64,000 nucleotides of DNA, from the NCBI GenBank assembly GCA_018608625.1, contig JABAZC010000003.1, forward strand, positions 3,801 to 67,800, written 5' to 3'. This stretch comes from Flavobacteriaceae bacterium. Lineage in GTDB: Bacteria > Bacteroidota > Bacteroidia > Flavobacteriales > Flavobacteriaceae. The notes under the pieces are model-generated. The model had not been told where the DNA came from. It saw nothing but the letters and a program-made list of their open reading frames with translations, and did no database searches. Shown here one piece after another: positions 1 to 11,671 of this stretch (within the stretch, counting starts at the first letter, position 1; each line of letters starts with the position of its first letter). The translations under genes and the position numbers were made by a program.

Positions 1-1
1 A

Positions 2-3000
2 GGAGAAGACTCAATACTTCAAAAACTTGAAGTTGGTAATGTAAGCATGCCTTTGAATAGTTCTCTCATTACGGGTGCACAAAGTTTATTTGGAGTTAAA
101 ACAGAATTACAGTTTGGTAAAACTAGAGTGACAGCTGTTTTTTCAGAACAGCAATCAGAAACAAAATCAGTGGTTTCGCAAGGAGGCGGGACCCTTGAAG
201 ATTTTGATTTTTTTGGTTTAGAATACGATGAAAACAGACATTTTTTCTTAGGTCATTTTTTTAGAGATAAATACGATCAAGCTTTAGAAAATTATCCTTT
301 TGTTAATTCTCAGGTCCAAATCACAAGAGTGGAGGTTTGGGTTACCAATAGAACAAACCAAATTCAAAATGTACGAAATATAGTCGCCTTACAAGATTTA
401 GGAGAGTCCTCAATCCTTGGCTTAAACGCTGTTCCATCGGGGTTTGTAAATGTTGGACCTAACGCATTTCCAGACAATGAGAATAATGACTTTGATCCCA
501 CAAATATTGGAGGCCCTGGATCTCAACTTACAAATTCGATACGTGATATTGCCACTGCTCAATCGGGTTTTTTAACCCCAGACATCAATGAAGGATTTGA
601 TTATGGAAAGTTAGAAAATGCCCGAAAACTAATTCAAGGTAGTGGATTTACTGTAGACACTCAGTTAGGGTACATTAGCCTAAACCAGCGCTTACAAAAT
701 GATGAGGTTTTGGCCGTTGCATACCAGTACACTGTAGGCAGTGAAGTCTTTCAAGTGGGTGAATTTGGAAACGACGGAATCAACGCTACTGAAGTAGGAG
801 TAGACCCTTCAGGTAACCAAACGGTCAACAGCCAAAGTCTAGTGTTAAAAATGTTAAAAAGTGCAGTAACTAATGTCAGCCTTCCTATTTGGGACCTGAT
901 GATGAAAAATATATACAATACGGGTGCTTATCAATTGTCTCAAGAAGATTTTAAATTAAATATATTTTATAATGAAACCTCTACGCTTAACTTTATTTCT
1001 CCTGTTAGCGGGACTCCTTTTCCTGGTCCAACAGCGAATGAAGATCCTATTAATGAAATCCCATTAATTAGATTATTTAATTTTGATAGGCTAAATTTTA
1101 ACAATGATCCTCAAAATAAAGGAGATGGATTTTTTGACTTTGTCCCTGGAATCACGGTCATTCCTCAAAACGGAAAAATTGTCTTCACCAAAGTTGAGCC
1201 TTTTGGCAGTTTCTTGTTTGAAACGTTAAGGTTAAATGTGTCTGAAAATTATAGTGGGGATGAATCAATTCCTGGAGTCTACAACCCTAATCAATTAAAA
1301 TACGTTTATAAATCTCTTTATAAAAATACAAAAACTGCCGCTCTACAAGACAACGATAAAAATAAGTTTCTGATGCGTGGTCGCTATAAATCATCTGGAA
1401 GCTCTGGAATTCCAATTGGGGCTTATAATGTCCCGAGAGGGTCTGTTAATGTAACTGCAGGAGGGCGCGTTCTCGTTGAAGGAGTTGATTATACGGTTAA
1501 TTATCAACTAGGGACTGTACAAATTTTAGACCCTTCTTTACAAGCATCAAACATACCGATTCAAGTCTCTGTTGAAAATAATTCTGTTTTCGGGCAACAA
1601 ACAAAGCGATTTACAGGTGTTAATGTAGAGCATCAGTTCAACGAAAACTTTGTGTTAGGAGCAACCGTTTTAAACTTAAATGAGCGTCCCATAACACAAA
1701 AAGCAAATTATGGTACAGAGCCGATAAATAATACAATATTTGGTTTTAATGGGAATTATTCAACAGAATTACCATTTTTAACACGCCTAGCAAATAAATT
1801 ACCAAACATTGACACTGATGTTGAATCTAACTTATCACTTAGAGGCGAGTTTGCCTATTTAAAACCAGGCGCCCCAAAAGGTACAGATTTTGACAGTGAA
1901 ATCACCTCATATGTTGATGACTTTGAAGGCTCCCAAAATGGAATTAGTTTATTAACACCACAATCTTGGTTTTTATCAAGCCGCCCCAAAGGACTTGGCC
2001 GCGTTTATACTCAGGGTTCAGAAGATGATAATGGGTATCAAAATGGATTTGATAGAGCGCATCTAAACTGGTACACGGTCGACCCGATTTTCTATAGCGG
2101 TCAACGGCCAGGTGAAATCACAGAGGAAGATATTTCAAACCTTTACACGAGACGAATATTTATCGACGAGCTTTTTCCACAAGTCGATTTAGTAACGGGA
2201 CAATACACGGTTATAAACTCACTAGATTTAGTTTATAATCCAGAAGAAAGAGGCCCCTATAATTACCAACAAGGAGCTGAAGACGGAATCTTAGACGCGC
2301 CTCAAAATAGCTGGGCAGGAATATCAAGACAGCTTACATCAACTGATTTTGAACAAGCAAATGTCGAGTATATTGAATTTTGGCTAATGGATCCTTTCTT
2401 GAACAACCCATCTAACCCAGGCGGCAAATTGGTTTTAAACTTAGGAAACATTTCAGAAGATGTCATAAAAGATGGGAGAAAACAATATGAAAATGGACTG
2501 CCTGAAGATGGAGATATTAGTCTTTTACCAACAACAGTATGGGGTTCTGTAAGTCCTCAAAATCAGTCTCTAATTTATGCTTTTTCATCTCAGGGGGACA
2601 ATCGAAACAATCAGGATGTTGGGCTTGACGGATATGATGATTCTGAAGAAACAGCCTCTACAGATCCACGTTTCTCATCATTTTCGGGGCTTGTTGATCC
2701 AGCAAATGACAATTATAAATATTATTTAAATACGCAAGGAAACATATTTGAGCGCTACAAGAAATATAATGGTCTGGAAGGCAACTCTCCAGATACATTT
2801 TCAGAAACCAACCGCGGTTCAACCACGCAACCCGACGTAGAGGACATTAATCGTGACAATACGATGAACACTATTGACAGTTATTTTGAGTATGAAATAG
2901 GAATTTCCTCGGCAGACTTCAATAATTTAAATAACCCTTATATTGTTGACAGAAAGTCAATTACAAATATTACGTTGCCAAACGGTGCGCCTTCAGGAAT

Positions 3001-6000
3001 TATAAATTGGTACCAGTATAGAATACCTCTTTCGGAATTTACAAATGCTGTTGGGGGTATTTCTGATTTTAGATCGGTTCGTTTTGCTCGTCTTTACCTT
3101 AAAGAATTTACAGAAACAACAGTACTTCGATTCGGAACTTTAGACTTAGTTCGTAGTGACTGGCGCCGCTATCAGCAGTCTCTAGACGATGATTCTAATC
3201 AGGTAACAGAAATAGAGGACACTGACTTTAGCGTTGGTATTATTGGAGTTCAAGAAAATGATGGAAGTTATGTGTCTCCCCCTGGGGTTGAACGGGAGCA
3301 GTTAAATAACAATAACAGCATTGTGCGTCAAAATGAACAATCGCTAGTGTTAGATGTTTGTGAATTAGAAAGCGAGGATGCAAGAGGGGTTTTTAAAAAT
3401 ATTAACGTAGATATGCGTCAGTATAAAAAACTGAAAATGTTCATTCATGCCGAAGACGGAGAAGCCAATAGTTTCGAGCAAGGAGATTTAGTTGGGTTCA
3501 TAAGAATGGGTAATGACTTTACTCAAAACTATTATCAAATAGAAATTCCATTAAGAAAATCATCAGGCGCAACTGGCGCTTCAGACACGGAAGTATGGCC
3601 AGAATATAACGAGATAAATATTCCTTTAGAGTTTTTGGAACAAATTAAATCTTTAGGAATAAGCCTAGGAACTCTAACCAACGAAGACCCTAGCTTTTAC
3701 AATATTATAGATGGAGAATTACAGGACACTCCCGTTGGAGAATTCACTCCTTTTTCATTAAACTTTAGTTCTACCTTAAACGAGACTCCAATTGAGCAAC
3801 GGATAGCGATAAAAGGAAATCCAAATTTTGGAGATGTTCGCACCTTAATGGTTGGTGTTAAGAATATTGGGACAGGTCCACTTTGCGCAGAAGTGTGGTT
3901 CAATGAACTTCGTATTGCAGATATGGATAACGAAGGGGGATGGGCTGCGATTATGAGCATGGATTCTAATATTGCTGACTTCATGAACATCAATGCAACA
4001 GCAAAACGAACTACTACTGGGTTTGGAACTATAGAGCAAGGCCCAAACCAAAGAAGTCGAGAAGATTTAAAACAATATGATTTTGTAACCAACATGAATA
4101 TTGGTCAGCTACTACCAAAAAAATGGAGTCTAGAGATTCCTTTTAATTATGGGCAAAGTGAGGCGTTAATTACACCAGAATACGACCAGCAGTATAAAGA
4201 CTTAAAGCTTCAAAGCCGATTAGATGCTGCCGAAACTTCCCTAGATCGAGAACGTGTTAAATCCCAGTCAGAAGATTATACAAAAAGAAAGAGTATTAAT
4301 TTTATAGGCGTTAGAAAGCAACGAATAGGAGCTACGGAGCCTAGACTTTATGATGTGGAAAACCTGACAATGAATTATTCTTACAATGAAATGAAGCATC
4401 GAGATTTTGAAATCGAAAACTCATTAGATCAAAATGTGAGGGTAGGAGCTAATTATAGTTTTAGCTTTAAGCCTCTTAAAATTGAGCCATTCAACAAAAA
4501 TGATTCTATTTTCACCAATAAATATTGGAAATTAATAAAAGATTTCAATTTCAACTTACTTCCTTCTAGCTTAGCTGTGAATTCAGATTTCGTAAGACAA
4601 TTCAATAGCCAAAAATTTAGAGATGCAGGACTAGGTGCGGGGAATATTTCAGTAGATGAGTTAATCAGAAGAAACTATACTTTTGATTTTCAATATACGA
4701 TCAACTATGAACTTACAGATGGTTTACGTTTAAACTTTACCGCTGCAAATAACAATATTGTCAGGAATTATTTTATTGACGATCAGTTAGATGGAGATCA
4801 AGACCCTACCTTGGGTGTCTGGGATCGTTTCTTTGACTTTGGCGATCCTAACAGGCATACACAACAGCTAGGAATCAACTATGAACTGCCTTTAAATAAA
4901 TTCCCGACACTTAATTTTGTAAGCTCTAACTATTCTTACTCAGGCGATTTCCAATGGAATAAAGGATCTGATTTATTTGGAGATATAAGTATTGACGGAC
5001 AGAATTATGACCTTGGAAATTCAATATCCAATGCGAGTCAGCATAATTTTAATACGTCTTTAGATATGCGCAAACTATACCGTTACCTGGGGATAAAGAA
5101 ATCAAGAAGTTCCAAACGTCCATCAAGAGGTTTTGATGAAAGCACAAAACCCAATGCCTCCGAAAAAGCTAAAAAATTTAAATGGAAAGGTTTTGCAACT
5201 GGTTTATTGACAGGGATAGATAGGATTCAGTTTAATTACTCAGAAGGCAATAGTTCCTTTTTGCCGGGATACCTTCCTAAGCCAGGGTTCTTAGGAACGC
5301 TCAGGCCCACCGCTGGATATACTTTTGGTAGTCAGCGAGATATTAGAAGAATAGCTGCTGAAAATGGATGGCTAACTACTTACTCACAATTTAACCAGCA
5401 GTACACAGAAACGCATAATCAAAACATAGATTATGCAATTAACATGGAGCCAATAACAGATTTAAAAATTGATTTGAATGGGGGTAAAACCTACGCGACT
5501 AATTATGCTGAAAGTTTTAATACTACAGATACCAATGGAGATGGACTGAGTAATAGTTATAATTCATTGATTCAAAACACATTTGGGAACTATAATATTT
5601 CAATATCATTAATTAAAACTGCTTTCAGTCAAAGCAACGAGAATAGCTCTGTGCCATTTGAAGACTTTAAAACGAACCGTGTGGTGGTTGCTAATAGATT
5701 GGCTCGTAACTTTTATGGATCGACTCCCTATACAGTAGATGCAGAAGGCTACCCAGAAGGTTTTGGAAAAAACAGCCAAGCTGTTTTATTGCCTTCCTTT
5801 TTAGCTGCTTATTCTGGCGAAAAATCAAACAAGATTAGCCTAGATGCATTCCGAGATATTCCAATTCCAAATTGGACTTTAAAATATACGGGACTTATGA
5901 GAAATAAATGGTTCAAAAAACGTTTCAAGAGATTCTCATTAACCCATGGTTACAATGCCTCTTACACGATTAATCAATTTAGAACTAACTTAGATTATGT

Positions 6001-6574
6001 GGGTGCGGATCCCAATTTAGATTACGCTTCGCAAACTCTAGACACGAAAGATCAGTCTGGGAATTTCAAAGCAGAAACACTCTATAGTAATGTGAATCTA
6101 GTGGAGCAATTTAGTCCACTTCTTAAAGTAGACATGGAGATGAAAAACTCAATTAAGTTAACCGCTGAGATTAAAAAAGATCGAAGTTTATCTTTAAGTT
6201 TTGACAATAATCTACTAACGGAAATTCAAGGGGACGAATATATTTTTGGTTTAGGTTACCGAATCAAGGACTTGAGAATTAGATCTAAATTGGCAGGCCC
6301 CCGAAACATTATCAAAAGTGATTTAAATATGAAGGCAGACGTTTCAATGCGAAACAATAAGACTATTATTAGATACTTAGATCTTGAAAACAACCAGGTT
6401 AGTGCAGGTCAAACGATTTGGAGTATGCGCTATGCCGCGGATTATGCCTTTAGCAAGAACCTAACTGCGATATTCTATTTTGACTATGCTTTCTCAGAAT
6501 ATGCAATATCAACCGCCTTTCCTCAAACTACAATCCGTTCAGGATTTACTTTGAGATACAATTTTGGAAATTAA
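2..6574 (+). CDS. sprA: T9SS outer-membrane translocon SprA (Sov), N-terminally truncated by the window edge
   Basis: The 2175-aa ORF frame stays open back to nt 2 ([15 protein letters not shown] precedes the first Met). It is a very large, beta-rich, Asn/Gly/Tyr-rich protein ending in an aromatic residue, and the N-terminal region ([21 protein letters not shown]) matches my recall of flavobacterial SprA. Confidence 0.88.
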   Translation, partial: GEDSILQKLEVGNVSMPLNSSLITGAQSLFGVKTELQFGKTRVTAVFSEQQSETKSVVSQGGGTLEDFDFFGLEYDENRHFFLGHFFRDKYDQALENYPFVNSQVQITRVEVWVTNRTNQIQNVRNIVALQDLGESSILGLNAVPSGFVNVGPNAFPDNENNDFDPTNIGGPGSQLTNSIRDIATAQSGFLTPDINEGFDYGKLENARKLIQGSGFTVDTQLGYISLNQRLQNDEVLAVAYQYTVGSEVFQVGEFGNDGINATEVGVDPSGNQTVNSQSLVLKMLKSAVTNVSLPIWDLMMKNIYNTGAYQLSQEDFKLNIFYNETSTLNFISPVSGTPFPGPTANEDPINEIPLIRLFNFDRLNFNNDPQNKGDGFFDFVPGITVIPQNGKIVFTKVEPFGSFLFETLRLNVSENYSGDESIPGVYNPNQLKYVYKSLYKNTKTAALQDNDKNKFLMRGRYKSSGSSGIPIGAYNVPRGSVNVTAGGRVLVEGVDYTVNYQLGTVQILDPSLQASNIPIQVSVENNSVFGQQTKRFTGVNVEHQFNENFVLGATVLNLNERPITQKANYGTEPINNTIFGFNGNYSTELPFLTRLANKLPNIDTDVESNLSLRGEFAYLKPGAPKGTDFDSEITSYVDDFEGSQNGISLLTPQSWFLSSRPKGLGRVYTQGSEDDNGYQNGFDRAHLNWYTVDPIFYSGQRPGEITEEDISNLYTRRIFIDELFPQVDLVTGQYTVINSLDLVYNPEERGPYNYQQGAEDGILDAPQNSWAGISRQLTSTDFEQANVEYIEFWLMDPFLNNPSNPGGKLVLNLGNISEDVIKDGRKQYENGLPEDGDISLLPTTVWGSVSPQNQSLIYAFSSQGDNRNNQDVGLDGYDDSEETASTDPRFSSFSGLVDPANDNYKYYLNTQGNIFERYKKYNGLEGNSPDTFSETNRGSTTQPDVEDINRDNTMNTIDSYFEYEIGISSADFNNLNNPYIVDRKSITNITLPNGAPSGIINWYQYRIPLSEFTNAVGGISDFRSVRFARLYLKEFTETTVLRFGTLDLVRSDWRRYQQSLDDDSNQVTEIEDTDFSVGIIGVQENDGSYVSPPGVEREQLNNNNSIVRQNEQSLVLDVCELESEDARGVFKNINVDMRQYKKLKMFIHAEDGEANSFEQGDLVGFIRMGNDFTQNYYQIEIPLRKSSGATGASDTEVWPEYNEINIPLEFLEQIKSLGISLGTLTNEDPSFYNIIDGELQDTPVGEFTPFSLNFSSTLNETPIEQRIAIKGNPNFGDVRTLMVGVKNIGTGPLCAEVWFNELRIADMDNEGGWAAIMSMDSNIADFMNINATAKRTTTGFGTIEQGPNQRSREDLKQYDFVTNMNIGQLLPKKWSLEIPFNYGQSEALITPEYDQQYKDLKLQSRLDAAETSLDRERVKSQSEDYTKRKSINFIGVRKQRIGATEPRLYDVENLTMNYSYNEMKHRDFEIENSLDQNVRVGANYSFSFKPLKIEPFNKNDSIFTNKYWKLIKDFNFNLLPSSLAVNSDFVRQFNSQKFRDAGLGAGNISVDELIRRNYTFDFQYTINYELTDGLRLNFTAANNNIVRNYFIDDQLDGDQDPTLGVWDRFFDFGDPNRHTQQLGINYELPLNKFPTLNFVSSNYSYSGDFQWNKGSDLFGDISIDGQNYDLGNSISNASQHNFNTSLDMRKLYRYLGIKKSRSSKRPSRGFDESTKPNASEKAKKFKWKGFATGLLTGIDRIQFNYSEGNSSFLPGYLPKPGFLGTLRPTAGYTFGSQRDIRRIAAENGWLTTYSQFNQQYTETHNQNIDYAINMEPITDLKIDLNGGKTYATNYAESFNTTDTNGDGLSNSYNSLIQNTFGNYNISISLIKTAFSQSNENSSVPFEDFKTNRVVVANRLARNFYGSTPYTVDAEGYPEGFGKNSQAVLLPSFLAAYSGEKSNKISLDAFRDIPIPNWTLKYTGLMRNKWFKKRFKRFSLTHGYNASYTINQFRTNLDYVGADPNLDYASQTLDTKDQSGNFKAETLYSNVNLVEQFSPLLKVDMEMKNSIKLTAEIKKDRSLSLSFDNNLLTEIQGDEYIFGLGYRIKDLRIRSKLAGPRNIIKSDLNMKADVSMRNNKTIIRYLDLENNQVSAGQTIWSMRYAADYAFSKNLTAIFYFDYAFSEYAISTAFPQTTIRSGFTLRYNFGN

Positions 6575-6599
6575 ACAAATAAATTATAACTATAGAATT

Positions 6600-6980
6600 A
6601 TGAATACACCATCAGATTTAAAATACACTAAAGACCATGAATGGGTCAAAATAGAAGGAGACATTCTAACCGTAGGGATTACTGATTTCGCACAAGGAGA
6701 ATTAGGTGATATTGTTTATGTTGAAGTAGACTCCTTAGACGAGGCTCTTGATTTAGAGGCTGTTTTTGGGACTGTTGAAGCAGTGAAAACAGTATCAGAC
6801 TTATTTATGCCAGTAGCAGGTGAGATTATAGAATTTAATGAGGTTCTTGAAGAAGAGCCAGAAAAAGTTAATGATGATCCTTACGGAGATGGCTGGATGA
6901 TTAAAATAAAAGTAACAGATTCTACAGATTTAGATTCACTTCTAAGTGCGGATGATTATAATTCTTTGATAGGTGCCTAA
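6600..6980 (+). CDS. gcvH: Glycine cleavage system protein H
   Basis: [20 protein letters not shown]...[17 protein letters not shown]...[10 protein letters not shown] contains the lipoyl-Lys motif. I prefer the ATG at 6600 because the ORF-track start at 6564 overlaps the sprA 3' end and adds a non-conserved extension. Confidence 0.92.
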   Translation: MNTPSDLKYTKDHEWVKIEGDILTVGITDFAQGELGDIVYVEVDSLDEALDLEAVFGTVEAVKTVSDLFMPVAGEIIEFNEVLEEEPEKVNDDPYGDGWMIKIKVTDSTDLDSLLSADDYNSLIGA

Positions 6981-7344
6981 CAGAATCATTATTTTTAGTT
7001 TCAGTCTGTTTTATACACTAGTTATTACTGTTTTGAGCCTAGTCCAACTAAGGGACATTCCAAAGTTAAACACTGGCTTCGATGATAAAATAGTACACTT
7101 TTTAATTTATGCTATATTTTGTTTGATGTGGTTTTTGAGCTTTTACTCTTTTAAAATTAAACGAAGTCTATTTGCTGCCTCTGCGTTCTCAATTCTGTTT
7201 GGCTTGATTATTGAATTAATTCAAAGCCAAGCCACCGTTTATAGAACAGGAGAAGTATTAGATTTCTTCGCAAATACAATCGGAGCTCTAGCAATGACCA
7301 TGCTAATTTACTTAAAAAAAGAAGTTATAATTAAAAACCTGTAA
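6973..7344 (+). CDS. VanZ-like small membrane protein
   Basis: 123 aa with 4 predicted TM helices. The GTG start overlaps the gcvH stop by 8 nt. VanZ-type size and topology. Confidence 0.5.
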   Translation: MPNRIIIFSFSLFYTLVITVLSLVQLRDIPKLNTGFDDKIVHFLIYAIFCLMWFLSFYSFKIKRSLFAASAFSILFGLIIELIQSQATVYRTGEVLDFFANTIGALAMTMLIYLKKEVIIKNL

Positions 7345-7403
7345 TCCTTTGTGTATTTGTTATATTTTTAATTAATTTTAGCCCACGATAAAAGAACACT
7401 GAT

Positions 7404-8120
7404 ATGGAATCAAAGAAAAACCCAAAAGCAGACGTTAGTAGAAATGGCTCAATTTATTTTGCAGTTGGATTAGCGTTAATGTTGTTTTTAACTTACTCGA
7501 CTATTAACTACAAAACGTACGACAAGTCATTAATTGATATTGGACAGTTAGATTTAGACGCAGATCTTGACGAAGAAATTCCTTTGATTGATCAGATCAA
7601 ACCACCACCACCACCACCACCACCTCCAGCAGCTCCAGAAGTTATTGATATCGTAGAGGATGAAGAGGAAATTGAAGAAACTGTCATAGAGTCAACAGAA
7701 ACAGATCAAGATGAAGAGATCGAGGTTGAAGACATTGTTATTGAAGAGGTTTATGAAGATGTGGAAGTTCCGTTTTCAGTAATTGAAAATGTGCCTGAAT
7801 ATCCAGGATGTGAGAAAGGTTCTAATGCTGAAAAACGTAAATGTATGTCTGCCAAAATTGCCAAATTTGTTCAACGAAAGTTTAACACGGACTTAGCAGG
7901 TGATTTGGGTTTATCAGGAAGACAACGAATAAATGTCATATTTAAAATTGATAAAAGTGGAAATGTAGTTGGTGTTCGCTCAAGAGCTCCCCATCCACGC
8001 TTAGAAAAAGAAGCAGCACGTGTTATTAATATGCTTCCTAAAATGAAGCCCGGTCGTCAGCGAGGAAAAGCGGTGATTGTTCCTTATTCACTGCCAATTA
8101 CGTTTCAGGTTCAAGATTGA
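7404..8120 (+). CDS. tonB: Energy transducer TonB (N-terminal TM anchor, Pro/Glu-rich linker, TonB C-terminal domain)
   Basis: One N-terminal TM helix, a poly-Pro run followed by an acidic linker, and a C-terminal ...PEYPGC...INVIFKIDKSGNV...PGRQRGKAV..PYSLPITF TonB_C-like domain. Confidence 0.8.
   Translation: MESKKNPKADVSRNGSIYFAVGLALMLFLTYSTINYKTYDKSLIDIGQLDLDADLDEEIPLIDQIKPPPPPPPPPAAPEVIDIVEDEEEIEETVIESTETDQDEEIEVEDIVIEEVYEDVEVPFSVIENVPEYPGCEKGSNAEKRKCMSAKIAKFVQRKFNTDLAGDLGLSGRQRINVIFKIDKSGNVVGVRSRAPHPRLEKEAARVINMLPKMKPGRQRGKAVIVPYSLPITFQVQD
7602..7628 (+). repeat. (CCA)7-CCT-CCA trinucleotide tract encoding the poly-proline run of TonB
   Basis: Read directly: accaccaccaccaccaccaccacctcca, in frame with the ORF starting at 7404. 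Confidence 0.9.
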
Positions 8121-8140
8121 TTAATGACCTTATTAAAATA

Positions 8141-8166
8141 AAAATCCCCGCAATTGCGGGGATTTT
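8141..8166. terminator. Bidirectional rho-independent terminator between convergent tonB and the aspartic protease gene
   Basis: AAAATCCCCGC-AATT-GCGGGGATTTT is a perfect 11-bp stem with A/T runs on both sides. Confidence 0.85.
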
Positions 8167-8170
8167 TATT

Positions 8171-8623
8171 TTAATACTTAAGATATAAGTACTTTTTTTC
8201 GTAGTCGATAATCGCATTTCCAGTTTTTAAAATATCAGCACCAATAATTCCATCTATAGCAGAAGCTTTTAAGGATTCAAACACATCATTTACATTACTC
8301 AAATCTATTAATACTAACTTATACGTTTTACAGCTCCAACCTCCAATTTTTATAGAATTATCTTTTGAGACTAGCGTCGTTAGCATGTTTGGTCCAGCTC
8401 CTGACACCTTAATCAATGAAGTTTCTGATTTTAGTTTAAATTTTCTTTCCAGATTTAAGTCTACAAAAGTAGACGAGGCGCCAGTATCTAGAACAAAATC
8501 GCCTCTAACTCCATTTATTTTTGATATAATCTTAAAGTGGTTCGACGCAATAGTATGCATCTTTATCTTAAAATAAGATTTATTTTTTAGAAAATCAGAT
8601 AAAGAGTGCATCGTTGAACTCAT
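8171..8623 (-). CDS. Retropepsin-like (clan AA) aspartic protease, single domain
   Basis: FVLDTGASSTFV catalytic DTG motif plus IDGIIGADIL near the C-terminus. 150 aa, with no signal peptide or TM helix visible. Confidence 0.65.
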   Translation of the reverse strand: MSSTMHSLSDFLKNKSYFKIKMHTIASNHFKIISKINGVRGDFVLDTGASSTFVDLNLERKFKLKSETSLIKVSGAGPNMLTTLVSKDNSIKIGGWSCKTYKLVLIDLSNVNDVFESLKASAIDGIIGADILKTGNAIIDYEKKYLYLKY

Positions 8624-8659
8624 AGTAAATTATTTTTACAAATATACTATTCAAAATCT

Positions 8660-8667
8660 TACTTTTG
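8660..8667 (+). promoter_or_regulatory. Bacteroidota -7 promoter box TACTTTTG upstream of tatD
   Basis: Exact match to TAnnTTTG, ending 4 nt before the ATG at 8672. Confidence 0.45.
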
Positions 8668-8671
8668 TACT

Positions 8672-9439
8672 ATGATAATTACAGATACACATACGCACCT
8701 CTATAGTGAGCAATTTGACGATGATAGAGTTGAAGTTATTGAGCGTGCCTTGGCTGCAGGCGTCACACGTTTTTTTATTCCTGCTATTGATTCTTCCTAT
8801 ACAAAGTCGATGTATGCCCTGGAATCGAGATATCCGAATAACATGTTTTTAATGACAGGGGTGCACCCCACTCATGTTAAAGATAATTATTTAGAGGAAT
8901 TAGCTCACATCAAAGAGCAATTAAATTCACGTGAGTTTGTTGCTATTGGAGAAATTGGGATAGATCTCTATTGGGATCGAAGTACTCTCAAGCTACAGCA
9001 AGAAATGTTTAGGTTACAAATACAGTTGGCGAAGCAGTACAAGTTACCTATTGTGATTCATTGTAGGGATGCATTTGAAGAGGTGTTTCAGATTTTAGAA
9101 GAAGAAAAAGGGCCTGAATTGTTTGGAATATTTCATTGTTTTACGGGGACTTTGGAGCAAGCACAAAAAGCGATATCCTTCAATATGAAGTTAGGGATTG
9201 GAGGGGTCGTAACCTTTAAAAACGGTAAAATAAATCAATTTTTAAAACAGATCAGTTTGGATCATATTGTTTTGGAGACAGACGCTCCCTACTTAGCCCC
9301 TGTGCCCTGCAGAGGCCAGCGAAATGAAAGTAGCTACATATTGAATGTTTTAGAAAAACTTTCTGATATTTATTCAATGTCATCCCTTGAAATTGCATCA
9401 ATCACGACTAAAAACTCTAAATCTATCTTTAAAAAATAA
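8672..9439 (+). CDS. tatD: TatD-family metal-dependent hydrolase (DNase)
   Basis: MIITDTHTHLY start, ..GEIGIDLYW.., ..VIHCRDA.., ..LETDAPYLAP. These are the canonical TatD motifs. Confidence 0.9.
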   Translation: MIITDTHTHLYSEQFDDDRVEVIERALAAGVTRFFIPAIDSSYTKSMYALESRYPNNMFLMTGVHPTHVKDNYLEELAHIKEQLNSREFVAIGEIGIDLYWDRSTLKLQQEMFRLQIQLAKQYKLPIVIHCRDAFEEVFQILEEEKGPELFGIFHCFTGTLEQAQKAISFNMKLGIGGVVTFKNGKINQFLKQISLDHIVLETDAPYLAPVPCRGQRNESSYILNVLEKLSDIYSMSSLEIASITTKNSKSIFKK

Positions 9440-9443
9440 GAAA

Positions 9444-10466
9444 ATGAAGCCTCAAATTTTATTAATTTATACTGGGGGAACGATTGGGATGATTAAAGAC
9501 CCATTAACCGCCTCCTTACAAGCATTTGATTTTGCCTCTCTTTTAGAAAAGATTCCAGAACTCCAGTTATTAGATTGTTCTATAGACACCGTTTCCTTTA
9601 AGCCACCAATAGATTCATCTAACATAAATCGATCTCATTGGGTAGAAATTGCCACTATTATTGAGAATAATTATGCTACACACGATGGTTTTGTTGTATT
9701 GCATGGGAGTGATACCATGAGTTATTCGGCATCAGCGCTCAGCTTTATGCTAGAGAATCTTTCTAAACCAGTCATCTTTACGGGATCCCAATTACCTATT
9801 GGTGATTTGCGAACAGATGCTAAAGAAAATTTAATAACCGCCATCCAAATTGCGGCATTGCAGAACAATAATAAAGCGGTCATTACAGAAGTTGGGTTGT
9901 ATTTTGAATACAAATTATACAGGGGCAACCGAACCACTAAAATCAATGCAGATTACTTTGAAGCTTTCGCCTCATTAAACTTTCCAGCGCTACTCACTTC
10001 TGGAGTCCATTTGAAGGTCAAGCACGAATTATTACTAAAAAACTATTCAAAAGCACCCTTGTGTGTTCACAAAGAACTGGACACTAACGTGGTGTTAGTG
10101 AAGTTGTTCCCGGGAATTTCAGAAACAGTATTGAAGTCCATTTTAGAAATCCCAAAACTTAAAGCGGTTGTAGTTGAAACCTATGGCAGTGGAAATGCGA
10201 CTACAGATGATTGGTTTCTAAAGACAATTGAAGCTGCCTTAGCTAAGGAAATCTATATAGTTAATGTTACACAGTGTGCCGGCGGAAGTGTTCAAATGGA
10301 TCAATACCATACTGGGAAGTTGCTTAAGCAGTTAGGTGTTATATCTGGAAAAGATATGACGACAGAATCTGCTCTCACAAAACTAATGTATATGTTGGGG
10401 CTTAAAATTTCAAGAAAAATGTTTAAAACTGTTTTTGAAACCGACCTTCGAGGTGAAATATCTTAA
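9444..10466 (+). CDS. ansA: L-asparaginase, type I (cytoplasmic)
   Basis: MKPQILLIYTGGTIGM (active-site TGGTIG), HGSDTMSYSA, and GSQLPIG. I prefer the ATG at 9444 because the longer ORF overlaps the tatD 3' end. Confidence 0.88.
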   Translation: MKPQILLIYTGGTIGMIKDPLTASLQAFDFASLLEKIPELQLLDCSIDTVSFKPPIDSSNINRSHWVEIATIIENNYATHDGFVVLHGSDTMSYSASALSFMLENLSKPVIFTGSQLPIGDLRTDAKENLITAIQIAALQNNNKAVITEVGLYFEYKLYRGNRTTKINADYFEAFASLNFPALLTSGVHLKVKHELLLKNYSKAPLCVHKELDTNVVLVKLFPGISETVLKSILEIPKLKAVVVETYGSGNATTDDWFLKTIEAALAKEIYIVNVTQCAGGSVQMDQYHTGKLLKQLGVISGKDMTTESALTKLMYMLGLKISRKMFKTVFETDLRGEIS

Positions 10467-10536
10467 AATTAGCACTTAAAAATTTTAAAAATCAAACAAT
10501 TTTCTCTTTATTTGACCTACCAATAGGCAATAAACT

Positions 10537-10621
10537 AGAGAGGTGGCCGAGTGGCTTAAGGCGCACGCTTGGAAAGCGTGTATACGGCAACGTATCGAGG
10601 GTTCGAATCCCTTCCTCTCTG
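10537..10621 (+). tRNA. tRNA-Ser (anticodon GGA), class II with long variable arm; CCA not encoded
   Basis: 7-bp acceptor stem AGAGAGG/CCTCTCT. Anticodon stem-loop CACGC-TTGGAAA-GCGTG. Variable arm TATACGGCAACGTATC. T-arm GAGGG-TTCGAAT-CCCTT. Confidence 0.9.
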
Positions 10622-10866
10622 CAACTTACAGAGAAGATTTTAATTGGTAGAATACTGTTTTAAATTCACTCACATATTTTAATTGTGATGATAGTCACGA
10701 AATAAAATATCGTATGCAGGAGATTATTACAAAAGTATTTGTGTGAATAAACTTCATATGTTAATATTTTAATGACTTTTCTCAATTTTATTTCCGTAAC
10801 TACATTTTTTTTATATCTTTAACACCTTAACAAACAATAATATTTTAATAAACTAAGAATAGAACA

Positions 10867-11643
10867 ATGAAAAGATTATTTCCAATTCTAGCTATCGCTT
10901 TCATGATGGCATTCGGGTCAGTTAGTGCGACTTCAAACACAGCTTTAAACACTATTGCAACTACAGTTGCAACCCCAATACAAGTCGACGCTGCCTCAGC
11001 TGACGCTGAGTCTTTAGGGTTTCATCAAGAACTTAAAAAACGATTTATTGAGGGTGGCCCTGGTTTTATGGGGATCGTATTATTGTGTCTTATATTAGGA
11101 CTTGCAATTGCGATTGAAAGAATTATCTTCTTAAACCTTTCAACTACAAATTCAAAAAAACTAACGGAAGACGTGGAGACTGCTCTTGCTTCAGGAGGCT
11201 TAGACGCTGCTAAAGAAGTTTGCAGAAACACAAAAGGGCCAATTGCCTCTATCTTTTATCAAGGTTTAGACCGTGCTAACCAAGACTTAGAGTCTGCCGA
11301 AAAAGCAGTAGTTGCTTATGGTGGTGTTCAAATGGGACAGTTAGAGAAAAATGTGTCTTGGATTTCTTTATTTATTGCACTTGCTCCTATGCTAGGATTT
11401 ATGGGAACAGTAATTGGAATGATACAAGCATTTGATAAGATTGAAGCTGCTGGAGATATGCAGCCATCTCTTGTTGCTGGAGGAATTAAAGTAGCCCTTT
11501 TAACAACGGTATTTGGTCTTGTTGTAGCAATTATACTTCAAGTGTTTTATAATTATATCATTGCTAAAATTGATAGCATTGTAAATGATATGGAAGATGC
11601 TTCTATTTCATTAATGGACATCTTGGTTAAAAACAAAAAATAA
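10867..11643 (+). CDS. exbB: MotA/TolQ/ExbB proton-channel family protein
   Basis: Signal peptide/long N-terminal region, 3 TM helices, and the ...LAPMLGFMGTVIGMIQAF... motif. Confidence 0.88.
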   Translation: MKRLFPILAIAFMMAFGSVSATSNTALNTIATTVATPIQVDAASADAESLGFHQELKKRFIEGGPGFMGIVLLCLILGLAIAIERIIFLNLSTTNSKKLTEDVETALASGGLDAAKEVCRNTKGPIASIFYQGLDRANQDLESAEKAVVAYGGVQMGQLEKNVSWISLFIALAPMLGFMGTVIGMIQAFDKIEAAGDMQPSLVAGGIKVALLTTVFGLVVAIILQVFYNYIIAKIDSIVNDMEDASISLMDILVKNKK

Positions 11644-11671
11644 TAACACCTCAATACTAAATCAGATAATT

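Noticed and set aside
3697-4095. Two antisense ORFs (132 and 68 aa) inside sprA
   Set aside because: They are fully contained in and antisense to a very confidently coding region. Their composition is low-complexity and typical of the reverse frame of an Asn/Gly-rich gene, and they have no promoter or independent signal.
10467-10866. tRNA-Ser and the 245-bp AT-rich spacer after it as a possible integration hotspot or genomic-island boundary
   Set aside because: There is no integrase, no direct repeat of the tRNA 3' end, and no compositional shift. The flanking genes (ansA, exbBD) are core functions.
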